DNA of 52,827 nt, filler included, from Sphacelaria rigidula (GCA_964200075.2; 4 parts of 4 records of this genome joined end to end with filler, not necessarily neighbours in it); one strand, 5' to 3'; shown: positions 38,619-50,503, counted from the whole stretch's first letter. Numbers and translations are program-made. The notes: generated by a model from the sequence alone, not told the origin.

Positions 38619-38720
38619 GGTTTCCCCCCGGGTTCTTTTTTTTTTTTTTTGTTTAAAAAAAAAAAGAAAAAAAACAAAACACAACCTGCGCCCGTCCACC
38701 GTTCCCGGTGTTCTCCCAAG

Positions 38721-38824
38721 GTACTTATTTACGTGTTCGACGTAAAAAGCAAAGACATAAACCACGACATGCAACACTACAACAACGTGCTGTCGGCCAT
38801 CGACGAGAACGCCTCGGACGCAAG
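38721..38824 (+). CDS. RRAGA: RagA/Gtr1 exon 3 (gene continues beyond contig)
   Basis: VLIYVFDVKSKDINHDMQHYNNVLSAIDENASDAR. TTCTCCCAAG acceptor, AAG|GTATGC donor. Confidence 0.95.
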
Positions 38825-38954
38825 GTATGCTCAAAACACACTACTGCATACTAGATTTCCTTTTCGTTCACCGAAATAAAAAAGCTCGAGTACCTTGCGC
38901 TGCAGTTGTAGCGCTCGGCAATCTTGCCGCCATTGCTTGCGTAGAAGCGACGTG

Positions 38955-39295
38955 TGTGTTGTGTGTGTGTGTGTGTGTGTGTGTTATCCCATCTATTCTG
39001 GATGCCAGTCTACACCTTCCGGAATATATGGGCGCATCAGCCGGGGTCACGGGAGTTTTTTTTAATTTAGTACTAGACCTTCCTTCTACGGTGCTCGCCT
39101 TTTTTTTCGTCGCGAAAGGGATTCAGCGCTCCCTTTCCCTCGTCGGCCGTGAAATCGAATTTAGTGTACCTACGACGTAGTCGCTCTCCACTGTTGAGCA
39201 TGATTTGGGGGAAAATCCCGCGTGCGACTTAACCCGAGATTCGAACCCACGACCCAGCCGTCAGAAGGTTTTTACTAATTGCGCAATGGGGCGAC
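38955..39295 (-). mobile_element. tRNA-derived SINE with (CA)n tail
   Basis: Minus strand has a degenerate A box and B box GGTTCGAATC near its 5' end, ends in (CA)n, and is flanked by 7-bp direct repeat CGACGTG (38948-38954, 39296-39302). Confidence 0.8.
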
Positions 39296-39596
39296 CGACG
39301 TGCTCACCGCCATGAACATGTACTTTCAAAGACAGCAGATCCGGAAGTCATGACGGGGTACGTCCACGTGTTGGGGATGATGGGGGTGGACTTGAAACCC
39401 TCGGGTATTTCGGTTTACTGCTGTTGCGGTGAATGGAGGGTTCGGTTCCCGACACGTGTTTGCCCGTGCCTACCTTTGTGCTGGCCAGGTGATGGACAAT
39501 CTGTGACCGTACGCATGTTCCTTCAAGGGTACGGTGCGATTGTTGCAAGGGTCGGACAAAAAATGATTCGTCTGTAAATTACTTGGTTTTAGTATG

Positions 39597-39696
39597 NNNN
39601 NNNNNNNNNNNNNNNNNNNNNNNNNNNNNNNNNNNNNNNNTTAATTAATTAANNNNNNNNNNNNNNNNNNNNNNNNNNNNNNNNNNNNNNNNNNNN
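39597..39696. other. Artificial contig linker
   Basis: N44-TTAATTAATTAA-N44. Confidence 0.98.
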
Positions 39697-40026
39697 GATG
39701 GATGGCTCACCAAACCTATTGATTACGGCAATGACTATCGATGGATAGCTCACCAATCCTATTGATTACGGCAATGACTATCGATATACACGACCCAGAA
39801 TCTATTGCGGTACACCATTTCCATCGATGGCGAGTGATCTTCATAATATATTGTAATTGCCATAGGCTATCGATCGACTATTGCAACGTCCATTGTTCCT
39901 TGCTATGCATATCAACGTATGTATTTCACCATCTATCGTGTTCGATAATATGTATATCGATATATATTTTCCCCGTGTCTATTGCTGAAGCAATGAACTA
40001 TTATTGTGTCCATTGTCCAGGGTGTG
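39697..40026. mobile_element. Right end of a DNA transposon sharing the ...TTGTCCAGGGTGTG terminus
   Basis: Ends ATTGTCCAGGGTGTG like the CACAC MITEs. ATCGAT/CTATTG-rich subterminal region. 43-bp tandem duplication at contig edge. Confidence 0.5.
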
Positions 40027-41401
40027 TAGATTTGATCAGAGATAAAATAATATCATGAGAGAAATGAAATTTTGAAATGTTGCCAGCCTCTCGCCCCAAG
40101 ACGGTTTTGGGAGGGGACCGGTTATACAGTATACAATATCGTATCGCCCCCTGTTGAAAAGTAGTACTGGTAGCCCCTCTGAACTCTTCAACTGCGTACC
40201 TGCTGAAGATGCATGGAGACCTAACATCGGCCCCAAGATCGCAGCCAACCGTAGGTATGCCATCAAAAACAGGCAAGATTGCACAGCTATGCAACGTGCT
40301 GTGCAGCTGTCGCGATCGTGGGTACCGCTGGCAGATTCCGGATCACCAAAATAGAGCCAGTGCACCTGAACGGGCGGTTCGAATATCAAAGATTACAGTA
40401 CTTTAAGCGCGCCGTTGCACTCATCTAGTCCTTGGTACACAGGCATGATTCCTGCCTTGATGGTCTATAATCTCACTCCACCGATTCCGATAGCCGTGCC
40501 CCCCGATCCTAGAGCAGTGAGCCCGGACGAAGTATGTTCTGTTTTGGCGCTAATCCGGAAAGATACTCGTATGTTGGATTCTGCATCAGCTCAAACTTGT
40601 TTCGAGAGCAGCGTAAGATCCGCGCAACTGCGCACGTTTTGCGGAGCACAGAAGAATACCCACTATATCTTCCTCGTGTTTGGTATTGTTTCAGGTCCCG
40701 ATCCGCAAACGTGTACCACCAACTGTGACTGCGGCGGTTCTCTACTTCGCCCGAGCCAGACGCCATATTTTCTTCTGTGCCTTCGTCCCGTTGCTCAGAC
40801 CCGCAATCCGCTAACGCGGCGCGGTCCGATATTTCTTGTATGGTATGCATGAGTCACCGGTAGCGGACTTTTATGCCGTAATAATAGTACTAGCTGGCAC
40901 CGAAAACTGCGCAGCATGAGTCAAAAGTACGCTACCGGTGCCCGGTGCTTGCTCTCTCTGTCATCTTTTCGCCATAACAGCAACGTCGCAGTAAGTTGAA
41001 CACCGGCCGCCTGCCACTACAACGCGGGCGTCATCTCGCGTATCTCAAGGGGACTTGTTGCTGTTTGCTCGGGTGTTTAGCCGCCATTGTTTCTTTGCTG
41101 TGGCAAGACGGTAAAATTACCAGCCCTGCATCGGCATACATAACCGATATGTGCGAGAAGGACAAGCGAAAATGGTTATAAGAGTGAATATACTGCGTGG
41201 TATCGCCATCAACTCTGTTGACAGAGAGCCGCAATTCATCTGAGGGATTGACAAAACTCAGATACGATTTCACAGTTGAATCATACTACGGTAGGGATTA
41301 CGCATTCGGGCCAGATGAGGGACTCCCAAGGTTAGGAGCAACACATGGAATAGCGTATTCCTGCTTCAAAAGGGAGTCGACATGTACCTAGTTCAGAACA
41401 T

Positions 41402-41671
41402 TGCTACGGTAGGGGTTGCACTTCTTGTTTCTGGGTCTCTTTTTTGTAGGAGCCCAAATATATGGGGCTTACTGTGTGCAACACAAATCTCCGGGGACCG
41501 GACTTCCAAAAGCATGGATGGTGTTTGCACGCAGGGGCCTTTCCGTGGATCGGCATCATTTTCAATCTTCTTAAAGTAAAAATGATGCCGACTCTCAAAA
41601 TGATCCCTCCAACACTACAAGCAACCCCGAGAAACGTTCTCGCCAAAGAAAGTGTAACCCCTACCGTAGCA
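41402..41671. mobile_element. MITE, TGCTA...TAGCA family
   Basis: TGCTACGGTAGGGGTTGCACTT / AAGTGTAACCCCTACCGTAGCA, 21/22 inverted match. Confidence 0.8.
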
Positions 41672-43324
41672 TTGCTCCCCATGGGAATCCTCATCGCGTG
41701 CTTTCACGTATTTCTCGCGTCGTTTTTTGGATGATATACAGAGTTCCCAAAAATTCAACCTGAGAAATATTCTCCGCACTACTTTCGCACGGCTTGCTTG
41801 AGTTGCATTATTTTAGGATTTCGGAGGGTTGCTAGAGCTAACCGTATGTTATCTCGTTTAATTCCCCGCAGTATATGAGCTTGTATGAGCTTATCTCGTA
41901 GCACTGCGAATCGTGTTTTTGCTCAACCGTGTTAGCACTTCCAGCGTGAACCCGGCGAACTCTCCCTTCCAGACAATACATGGCTCAAAGAAATGCTGCA
42001 CTTGAGTGAAGTCACGGAGCCCTCGGCCGGGTTTTTGGGGGTTTCAACTTGGGGGCGACATATCTGCAAATAAAAAAATGGGATACCTCAGAAAAGGAGA
42101 GAAGTGTACGTCTCAATGAGGCTCAGCGGTGTTGCTGAATTCTTACACAGAGGCCTGCCTACGCGGACCTTAGTTGCTCGAAGAGCCATGGGGTTCTGCT
42201 CTTCCTACTTCAGGGGGATACTTTGATTCCCTGGTTACCAGTCATGATGTTTTTCCCAAGACAGATCCGACTCACCACTTCTTCCAACGACTCCACATGT
42301 ACTAGACTATTACCGGCCTCGTACGCTCGAGTACACAAGATTGAGAGCAGCGAGCGAAATAATAACTGTGAGCAGCGTCAGTCTGTTTGTTTTGCCGAGA
42401 AAGCTCTATGCAACCCACTGCGTGAGAACTAGGCGCATCACCCTAGAGGATTTACAACATATTTCACACTTGGCGCCTATGCACATGAACACTGAGGCGA
42501 GATTCCCCTAGTTCGTCCCCTAAAATCCACGGCTGGTGCTTACTTGTTTTCTTATGCACCCTAACCGAAGTCATAACCCAACCCTCAACCAAAGGCAAAT
42601 GAAAATGCTCGGGCAAGATGGATCCTGCGGACGTCTTAGACAAAGTGTGCGTTACTGTAGCTTAACTCGGCGCCCAGTTGAGCAAAAACTCATGCTGTTC
42701 GCGGTGGCAAGCCATCGGAACTGTCATCCCCCCCTGTACATTGATCCACATGTCGTTGTACACACCAAAAACAAGTGTATGCCAACTGTAGATTATATGG
42801 ACAAACTCGTATAAACTCCACTGCAGGCAATAATCACGCAAGTAACTTCAAATCCAAGGACAAACCAGCTTCAGGTTTTCAGCCTAGCATATGATTCTAG
42901 TATATCCTGCCGTACAGTGCACACATGTCGCCCCCAAGAAAACACGCGAACGTTCTCAATACTCAGGCTCACAATGGATGCCAGATCCCGAGTAGGAGTG
43001 CTACCCCAAATGGCAGCCAAATAGCTAAATACTACTGACGGTGTATGATTGTCAGTACAGTTGACATGCTTCGGTGATATTTTCGAAAATGCTTCGATTA
43101 CGGAGCTGTCGACACACTCGCGAAGTACCGAAGCCTTGTGAAACTATCGGGCACAAGTTCAAGACTACGGCATTGCCAAGACTGCAGCTACAAGTAGCCA
43201 CAACGGAAAAGCTGACACCCGCAAGACAGCATCTTCCACATTTAGAGCGGCAGGTGCAACTGTTAACCCTGCTGAGTTAGCCCGAACCCCTCCAAGCACA
43301 CAGGCGGATCCAAGCCACGCCACC

Positions 43325-43873
43325 TCACTCATCATCTTCCTCCACCTGCTCAAACAGGGCGTCTCGCAAAAATCGCAAGGACGTCAGGGCCGCATTGAAC
43401 ACAATCTTCGAAATTTCCAAAATAGAGGAGACGACCAGCAAAATCACCGTCTTAGTCGCCGGAACAAACTGCTGCACGAACCACTGAATCATCCCGGTCT
43501 CCCCGGCGTGCGCGACACCCACGCCCCGATCATCTGCCTGATCCCCCTCCTCACGACTTCTCGAGCGGTGCTTTTCCACTCCAGTGGTCCGAACAGCGAC
43601 GGGATTGTTCATCTTGTCAGGCCGCCTCGAGGACCCTACGCGGGCTGGTTTCCGCCGTGACGTAGGGTCCTTCTTCTTCCGCTGCCTGGGGAGGATGTTG
43701 GTACCTGTAGTAATGGGGGCCCGTCCTGACTTCGCCTCATCCCGGTGTCTGCTACGACGTTGCAACACTCGTTTTTTGCCGTCCACCCTTGTACGCGCCG
43801 AACTGGTAGGATCTGACTTTCGTCGAGCCCGCCGGCCTGATTTTTCAGGCGATACAGCAACGAGTGGACGAGT
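43325..43873 (-). CDS. SEC14-like gene, probable terminal exon (5' boundary obscured by gap/duplication)
   Basis: Long open frame, basic low-complexity region then hydrophobic helix KTVILLVVSSILEISKIVFNAAL, ends DDE-TGA. Confidence 0.55.
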   Translation of the reverse strand, partial: TRPLVAVSPEKSGRRARRKSDPTSSARTRVDGKKRVLQRRSRHRDEAKSGRAPITTGTNILPRQRKKKDPTSRRKPARVGSSRRPDKMNNPVAVRTTGVEKHRSRSREEGDQADDRGVGVAHAGETGMIQWFVQQFVPATKTVILLVVSSILEISKIVFNAALTSLRFLRDALFEQVEEDDE

Positions 43874-44465
43874 CGGGGGGGGGGGGGGGGGGGGGGGGGT
43901 TGAGGGGGAATTGATGGAAATTATGGCCTGGTCTTGGGGGCCGGGGGCACGGGGTATTGATGCTATTTNNNNNNNNNNGCGCGGAACTGGTGACTCGCGG
44001 CTGGGGCCGGCCCGCGGGCCGGGGTTGGGGGGGAAGTCAGAGAGGGGGGGGGGGGGGGGGGGGGGGGGGGGTGGTGGGCGTGTTGAGGGTGAATTGATGG
44101 AAATTATGGCCTGATCTTGGGGGCCAGAGGCACTGGATATTGATGCTATCTTCTGATGATATCGAACAGGGTCACCAGAACGGTGAAATAAAGCGAGAAT
44201 ACAAATAGAAAAAAGAGCCACATCACACGGCACTACGCTGTATTATAATTGGAAAACAAACACACGAAGCACGCATTAAAAAAGGGTGAAAATCGCTATT
44301 ACCTACCGCCTTCACAGACCCGTTGTCGGAAATCACTTGTGTAACAACACTGTCCCACCCTCTCGAGGGCACATGTTCATCTAATACTACAGCAAAAAAT
44401 ACATGCGAAACAGAGATATCCTCTCCATACACCCCCTGCCCGCCTGTTGCGAGCACAAAACCCAC

Positions 44466-45002
44466 CTGCCGAAACCGCCCCCTTCTTCGCGTCATCCTCT
44501 GCCGTTCCTTGTCCGTCGCCCAACCTAGTGGGCAAAACACCCCGCCCCTCCTCTTCCCCCCGCAAAGAAGATGTCTTCGCTCTACGCGCGACATGCTGCC
44601 TCCCGCCATCCCCAGACAAGACATCTCCGTTCACCGTGGATGCCCCGATTGCACCTGGTCCAACCACCGACGAAATAGATGGTTGTTCTGCCGTGACAGA
44701 AGTAGGCGGGGCCACCGCTGTTGCCACCGAATCATCGCGCGCCGCGCGTTCTTTACGTAGACGGCGACTGATCTTGCGCAGCGTGCGCTCGTCCAGGAAG
44801 GGATCGGAGCCGCTTGCCCACGCGGAGATAGCGGCGTCGATCTCCGCCCACAGAGGGTCCGCGGCTCCCACTGTTGTCTTAGAGGGCCCGCCCAGAAAAT
44901 CTGGGATGTTTTCCATCGGGATATACTCGGCGAGCTTGTCGAGACTGGCTTCACCCTTGCCCAAGACCTTGATCTTCGCAACTACGTCTTCGCTCAAGAA
45001 GC
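44466..45002 (-). CDS. SEC14/CRAL-TRIO protein exon 5
   Basis: GFLSEDVVAKIKVLG...YIPMENIPDFLGG (C-terminal SEC14 motif). Phase 1 start matches. Donor CAG|GTGGGT is a best guess. Confidence 0.85.
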
Positions 45003-45566
45003 CTTTCCAGGTAGGTAGGTAGGTAGGTAGGTAGATGGGAAGGGTGGGAAGAAGGGAAGGACATAGTGCGGTAAGAGAGAACGTAGGGGCGAGGTGTGTT
45101 AAAAGGCGAGGTTATGTGAAAAGATAGGGGAGACGAAAAACAATGCGAAACTCGATTGATGATGACATATATAAAAACGTAAAGGGGGTGTGGTTGACCA
45201 CGAATTTGACGAGAGAGCATGAAACTAAGGCCCGAGAGCCATTTCATTTTTGGCGTTATTCGTCGTCCAAACGAGCACAATAGTTGTAGTGGAGAAGGGA
45301 AAAGGGCTGTAAGCAACTGGCCACCTTCACTATACCTACACCCGTATTATGCATTCAGATGAAAAAATAAGGCGCGGACTGCGCCAGTGACGTTGAGCGA
45401 GCGAGAAGCCAACAGCGAAAGTCGTCAGCGGTGGCGCGTACAGTGGTATGTTTCAACGAGACATACTCGAATCCTGTCCTCCGGCAAGTATCAGGCAAGG
45501 TAATACCCTTCACCCCCTCAAGTTGGAACCGCAAGCACAGAGAAGGCAAAGGGACAATATCCAAAC

Positions 45567-45801
45567 CTTCTATCATCTGCCAACCCTTGCTGAAGATCCA
45601 AGGCGTGTTCACGACAAGCAGCGAAGTCGTCATTCCCGAATAGTTGTCATGGAAAATGTCTCCGATGCGTCGCGTGTAGGTCAGGGCTTCACTTGTCATG
45701 TGCTTCATCCCCATCCCCGAGAGATCCAACACCGTCGTCATCTGGTCCACGGGGCGCCCGGCTTGGCGGCTCAGCCTGGTGAGAACAAATCGTCTCCGAG
45801 A
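45567..45801 (-). CDS. SEC14/CRAL-TRIO protein exon 4
   Basis: QMTTVLDLSGMGMKH...FHDNYSG...LLVVNTPWIFSKGWQMIE. CAG acceptor, AAG|GTTTGG donor. Confidence 0.92.
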
Positions 45802-46218
45802 CTGAAGTGGGCCCAGCAAGTGAGGAACGTACAGCAGGGATACGAGCAGATACGTGACAAATAATTTGATCACGAGAAAAAGCGTTATCGAATTCCAACA
45901 AATGACGTCCTGCTCTTCCCAATCTTGCCTCTGCGTTGTGTCATATCCTGGTACGAAATTTTCGGGTCATCTCAATGCGTGCATACCCCGTAGGATCTAT
46001 GGCTATTTGGCGCCCCCTTACCGATTCAGCGTCTACTGCAGGATATATCGCCTCCTCGTTGCATGGCCTACCTACATTCGGCAATCTCCACAGCGACGCA
46101 GGTAATATTAGGCATGCAAGGGGTCACACCCACGGCGAATCGGGCATCCTGTACACCCGGATAGATGAGTGGCAAAAGTTAGCAGCACAATGTCTCGATC
46201 ACTACATCTTTTCAATAC

Positions 46219-46425
46219 CTCCATATTTTGGCAGAATATCTTCACCATATCATCCATGTCCAGCGCATCGGGCTCGGTGCGCAGAGTGGTAAGGTCCACT
46301 TGGCCGACGCGATCGTAGAACACAGGCCTTCCCGCGCGATCTTCTTTGTGGAATCCACTGGGCCAATACGTGCGATACTTGCGCATTTTGGCGGAGGGTA
46401 CACTACGAGTGAATATGTCATCTGC
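46219..46425 (-). CDS. SEC14/CRAL-TRIO protein exon 3
   Basis: YWPSGFHKEDRAGRPVFYDRVGQVD (HxxDKxGRPV motif), phase 0/0. Confidence 0.93.
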
Positions 46426-46600
46426 CTGCATTTTCAAATCAACCAGAGGGTACGAGCACGCATTAGTGTGTGTGTGTATGTGCACGCTATGTAAGGTGTT
46501 AGTGGCAACATACGTTGAAAATTCAACAATGTGTCATAAGTACCTTTGGTAAGAACAGAAACGGCGCAAAGGCACAACAAAACGAACTGGCAAAATAATG

Positions 46601-46770
46601 CACACCTTGGATAATATATGGTCAATACTTGCAATAGACAAGAAAAGCACTGCATGAAGTGTAGGCCTATTGCGACTGTTGTCGGCCGGCAATAGTTGCA
46701 ATAGGCCTATACTTCATGCAGTACACTTCTCGTCTATTGCATCTATTGACCATATATTGTCCAAGGTGTG
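46601..46770. mobile_element. 170-bp palindromic MITE in SEC14 intron
   Basis: CACACCTTGGATAATATATGGTCAATA...TATTGACCATATATTGTCCAAGGTGTG. Perfect 8-bp TSD AAATAATG (46593-46600, 46771-46778). Confidence 0.93.
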
Positions 46771-46855
46771 AAATAATGTATATTCTGGTCAAATTCTGAA
46801 AACATCAAATGCACGACATGCACGCCGCCCGAAAAAATTAACACACGTTTCAAAC

Positions 46856-47014
46856 CTTCGTCTCAATTCGCCACTTGCAACAACGTCGCATGGACTCCTT
46901 CGCCTTCTTCACGTCAAACTTGGAGTGCCTCAAGAACGCCAGCACCACCCCGTTCCGATCTCCGCAAATTGCTACTAAATCCAGCGCCCTTGCCTCGTCC
47001 GCGGACAGTCCCTC
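46856..47014 (-). CDS. SEC14/CRAL-TRIO protein exon 2 (CRAL-TRIO N domain)
   Basis: VVLAFLRHSKFDVKKAKESMRRCCKWR. TTTCGCAG acceptor, AAG|GTTTGA donor, 159 nt. Confidence 0.92.
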
Positions 47015-47378
47015 CTGCGAAACGATACAGCAGGAAGTATACCCAAAATAACGAGAATCGATCGTCCCTTCACAGCGGATGGCTCTCTTGGTCGAACATG
47101 ACGGCTAAACTACCATTAATACCGATTCATCATGCATATCATCGGGGCAGCGCATAGTCCATGCAGATCAACAGCTCAAGCGCAGGTACTATTTATCAAT
47201 GGACTCAACCTACGGATGGCATGAAAGTAAAATTTGAATCTTGCAATGGAGGAAAGACGCGGCTATTCTGCAGTTACGCACCAGACACAGCCATTCCACG
47301 TCATCCAGCCATGCATACGTAGTGTCAGGTCATCGTGAAGTTAGTCTTACCCTCTGAATTAAAGTGCATTTGAAGTAC

Positions 47379-48641
47379 CTCTATTGCGCCATCCTGCTGT
47401 GCATCGCTACTGATGGAGTCATATGCAAACGCCTTGAGCTCATCGAAGCGTGCTCGCTGATGATCGGGCAACTCTTTCAGTGCAGCCTCGGCCGCCGCCC
47501 GGACCCTGCTGTCTTCCTCTTCCCTCACACGAAGCAGCTTTCTCATCGCAGCGTTTTCAATATCTTCTTCCTCCTCGTCCCCAAACTTCGCCACTGCCAC
47601 CGCCGCTGTGGACGCCGTCCGTAGCTCTGTCGGTGTGCCTTCTACTCTCGGCCTCGGTAGGAACTCTAGCTCGGAGTCTACATTAGGACTCTCAGGGTCA
47701 TAAATTTCAGTTTCTGCCGTTGCTGGCCTGGCCTCATGTGGCAGGTCTTTTACTTCCGCTTGTTCCTGTTGCTTCTGGGGACTTGAGATTCGCGTCAAGG
47801 CACTATCACTCCTTGCTCCGAAGGCGTCGCGGACGGTACCGACATTAACATTCACGGTATCTACGGATTCCTCCTTGACAGACGGCAATTCTACCACCAT
47901 GGCCTCTCTATCCTCGCCATCGATGACAGCGCTGCCTTCACCCCGCGTTACCCTCTTAGCCGACGCCATATCCTCCGCTGCGGCGGTTGCCGGAGCATAA
48001 TCAATATTCGTGTGATCATTCCATTCGTCAGATTCTTCTTCTCTCCATCCAATCGATTCACTGCCGTCCTCAGAGCTACGAGAGCCCGCAGTGTAAGTAT
48101 CAGTAACGGCTGCGGCTGCTGACGCTCCAGAGATTTCGACAGCGGTGGCGACGGCGGGGGTTGCAGAGCCCGCGGCGCCCGCCCAAGAAGGATGGGTTTT
48201 GCCAACTGCTTCGCCGCCCCCTGAAGCTTGGCCCATCGCGCGCGCATCTTCGCTATCGAGCTCTGGTCGTTGCTGTTGCGGTGGTTGCTTGCTCGGCCCG
48301 AGGTTTAAGCTGTGTCGCGGATCGTCTAACACGGTTTCATCGGCGTCTGCTGTGCGAAAGGCCTTGAGGGTACGACCCAGGTGCATCGTGGACAGGTAGG
48401 CATCGCACCCGTGTCGGTATAGCAGCGCGCCGAAGAGAAAGAAGAGGGTGGTGATGCTCGTTGTCGTCAGCCACGGTGACACACGACGGCAACCGAAGCG
48501 GCACCAGAGTGGCGTTCTTTTGCTGTAGTGGTCGGGGCGCTGGGATGCGAGATGAAGGGGCCTGCGGCGGCCACGCTTGTTGGTGTCTGGTGAAGCTGGA
48601 GGCATGAAGTCAGATATTCCGCCTGTTGCTGTCGGCCGCAT
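47379..48641 (-). CDS. SEC14/CRAL-TRIO protein exon 1 (N-terminal TM helix + long acidic linker)
   Basis: 421-codon open frame from MRPTATGG (alternative ATG 48605). TM-like TSITTLFFLFGALLY. GAG|GTACTT donor gives the phase 0 needed for exon 2. Confidence 0.8.
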
Positions 48642-49478
48642 CTTGGTTCGTCGTACGGTTGAACGATTGTCGTCGATCGTTCCGCTTCGAGGTACATGAA
48701 GATTTTGGAAATCGAGTCCAATGCCGAGCGCAACTCGACACAGGAGCGTGTTCGTCGCTCCAGCCTTCGGATACCGTACACTGTAATATGCTGATATTGG
48801 CAAGGCTCACTACCTGCGTGTTCAAGAACAGAGCAATCTCTACCTCAGTGCCCTGGACCACGCGACTTGTACAGCGGCAAGGCTAACCTGCGGCCAGATT
48901 GAACCAGCAGTGAAAACAGTTTACCGCTACGTTGAAGTGAATTTCCGAGTCTGCTTGAGTCATGAACGCGTGAAACCCGGGCTCACCTCGATACTGGACC
49001 CAAGAATCTTCACCTACACCTTCGGGTTGAATGGAAAGCCGGCACAGTACTGCAGGGTAGACAGCAACAGTGACAGTTCAGTGCTGCAGACGGCGTCGAC
49101 AAGTGTCCTCGCAATGAGAGCTTTAGTGAAAACCACGCATAATGATTATGTCATTATTCAATTTATTTCACCACTTGATGAAATCTCCTTATCTAGCTCA
49201 TAATGCAATATACGTGCGTTTAAAAACGTACGATGTTGCTTAGATTCATCCCTCACAAGCACCTAGACTTTTGAACATCTTTTCCAAATAGAGACTGTTC
49301 ATGGTGGACCTAGGTAGTGGAAAGGGATAGTATTGTGTAGCGGATCAGATCCATTTTTGCGAATCGACCAATGTGAAAACGAAAAACGAAATTAGCATGA
49401 TCGCAGCGCTATAAGACAAGGGCCGCGCGGTCTACCGTTCTGCGTAGTGACCTGCTGCATAAAGTACGGAGTGTCACT

Positions 49479-49692
49479 ATGGCGAAAGAAAAGAAGGGAG
49501 TACCACCGGTTGGAGGAGGGAGCCGGGCGGCTAAGAAACGTCGCAAGCAAAAACAAAAGCCTGTTAGTACTTCTACAACTACCTCTTCTAAAGCCGGAGG
49601 AGCACCACTCGCTTCAGACAACCAAGCCAACACTGATGTGGGCCTGGTCAGCAATAGTAAAGGAAAGGCCAAGCAACAGTTTCAGGCACAAG
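49479..49692 (+). CDS. Probable NO66/RIOX1-like JmjC ribosomal oxygenase, exon 1
   Basis: MAKEKK...AKKRRKQKQK basic NLS-like N-terminus. AAG|GTAAGT donor. Confidence 0.7.
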
Positions 49693-50037
49693 GTAAGTGG
49701 GGCATATGTGTGATGCTATGATTCTTGGCATTGCAAGTGGCAAAACAGGACGTAGTCCGTATTACATGGTCACTTGCTTCAATCTCCCCGCTGTTGCTGC
49801 ATGCACGTTGCGTAACACCCCCCCTCCCCTCCCCTTCAATCGCTTGTTCATCCCAGGGAAACAAAATACGTTACAGCATAGACGACTATGCGGCGAAATC
49901 GTATGCACACTCAACGCGAACATGACGGCATGCTCAGGCCTGTTTCCGCGTTCGCCCATAGTTTAATATTTACTCTTGTCGTGAATACACGTACAGTCAT
50001 GTGTCCATTCCGTCCGGCACGCATGGATCTGTGGCAG

Positions 50038-50323
50038 GTTCGAGCCGCCATGCCAGCAGTGGAGATACCGCAGCAGCAGCGGTGGCGGCGATAGGCGGTG
50101 GAAGTACCAGCAAGCGTAGTCAAGCCCCTTCCGCGTCGGAGCAGGCATCGGTGCCCACGGTAATCGACGCTTCTAAAGCCGACGATCGATCTAGACTCTT
50201 GATGGAGCTGGACGCCCACGGGGTGCTGGCGGACCCTGATGTGGAGAGTGGACTGAAAGCTCGGCAGCTGTTGCAATGGATCGTGGCTCCTCTGCCTGTG
50301 GAGGAGTTTTACGATAGCTATTG
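50038..50323 (+). CDS. Probable NO66/RIOX1-like JmjC protein, exon 2 (no further exon found in window)
   Basis: ESGLKARQLLQWIVAPLPVEEFYDSYW resembles the ROX-family A..LF.WLI.P...F...YWE motif preceding JmjC. Phases 1/2 consistent. TG|GTGAGA donor. Confidence 0.7.
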
Positions 50324-50503
50324 GTGAGAATAAGACATTTTTTTTTGTTATCGCATGCGAGATGAAGATTCGGGGAACATGACGTAAGGTTTCACACGTC
50401 GGACAACTCATGAGTTGACTTAATGCATGGATTACTCATCCAGTGGAAGTAGGTGTACCGCCTAGGTGTCGCACAGACTTGGATACGTTGCCCCCCCCCC
50501 CCC

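Noticed and set aside
39225..39295. Functional tRNA gene
   Set aside because: Only a B box and degenerate A box, no cloverleaf. It continues into a SINE body with tail and TSD.
43900..44150. Tandem peptide repeat IASI..A.GPQDQAIISINSPST in the SEC14 tail
   Set aside because: The two copies flank a 10-N gap and poly-G, so they are most likely overlapping contig ends of one sequence.
33817..50323. RagA + SEC14 + JmjC as a nutrient-sensing gene cluster
   Set aside because: RagA is on a different contig from the other two. The adjacency is an artefact of concatenation.
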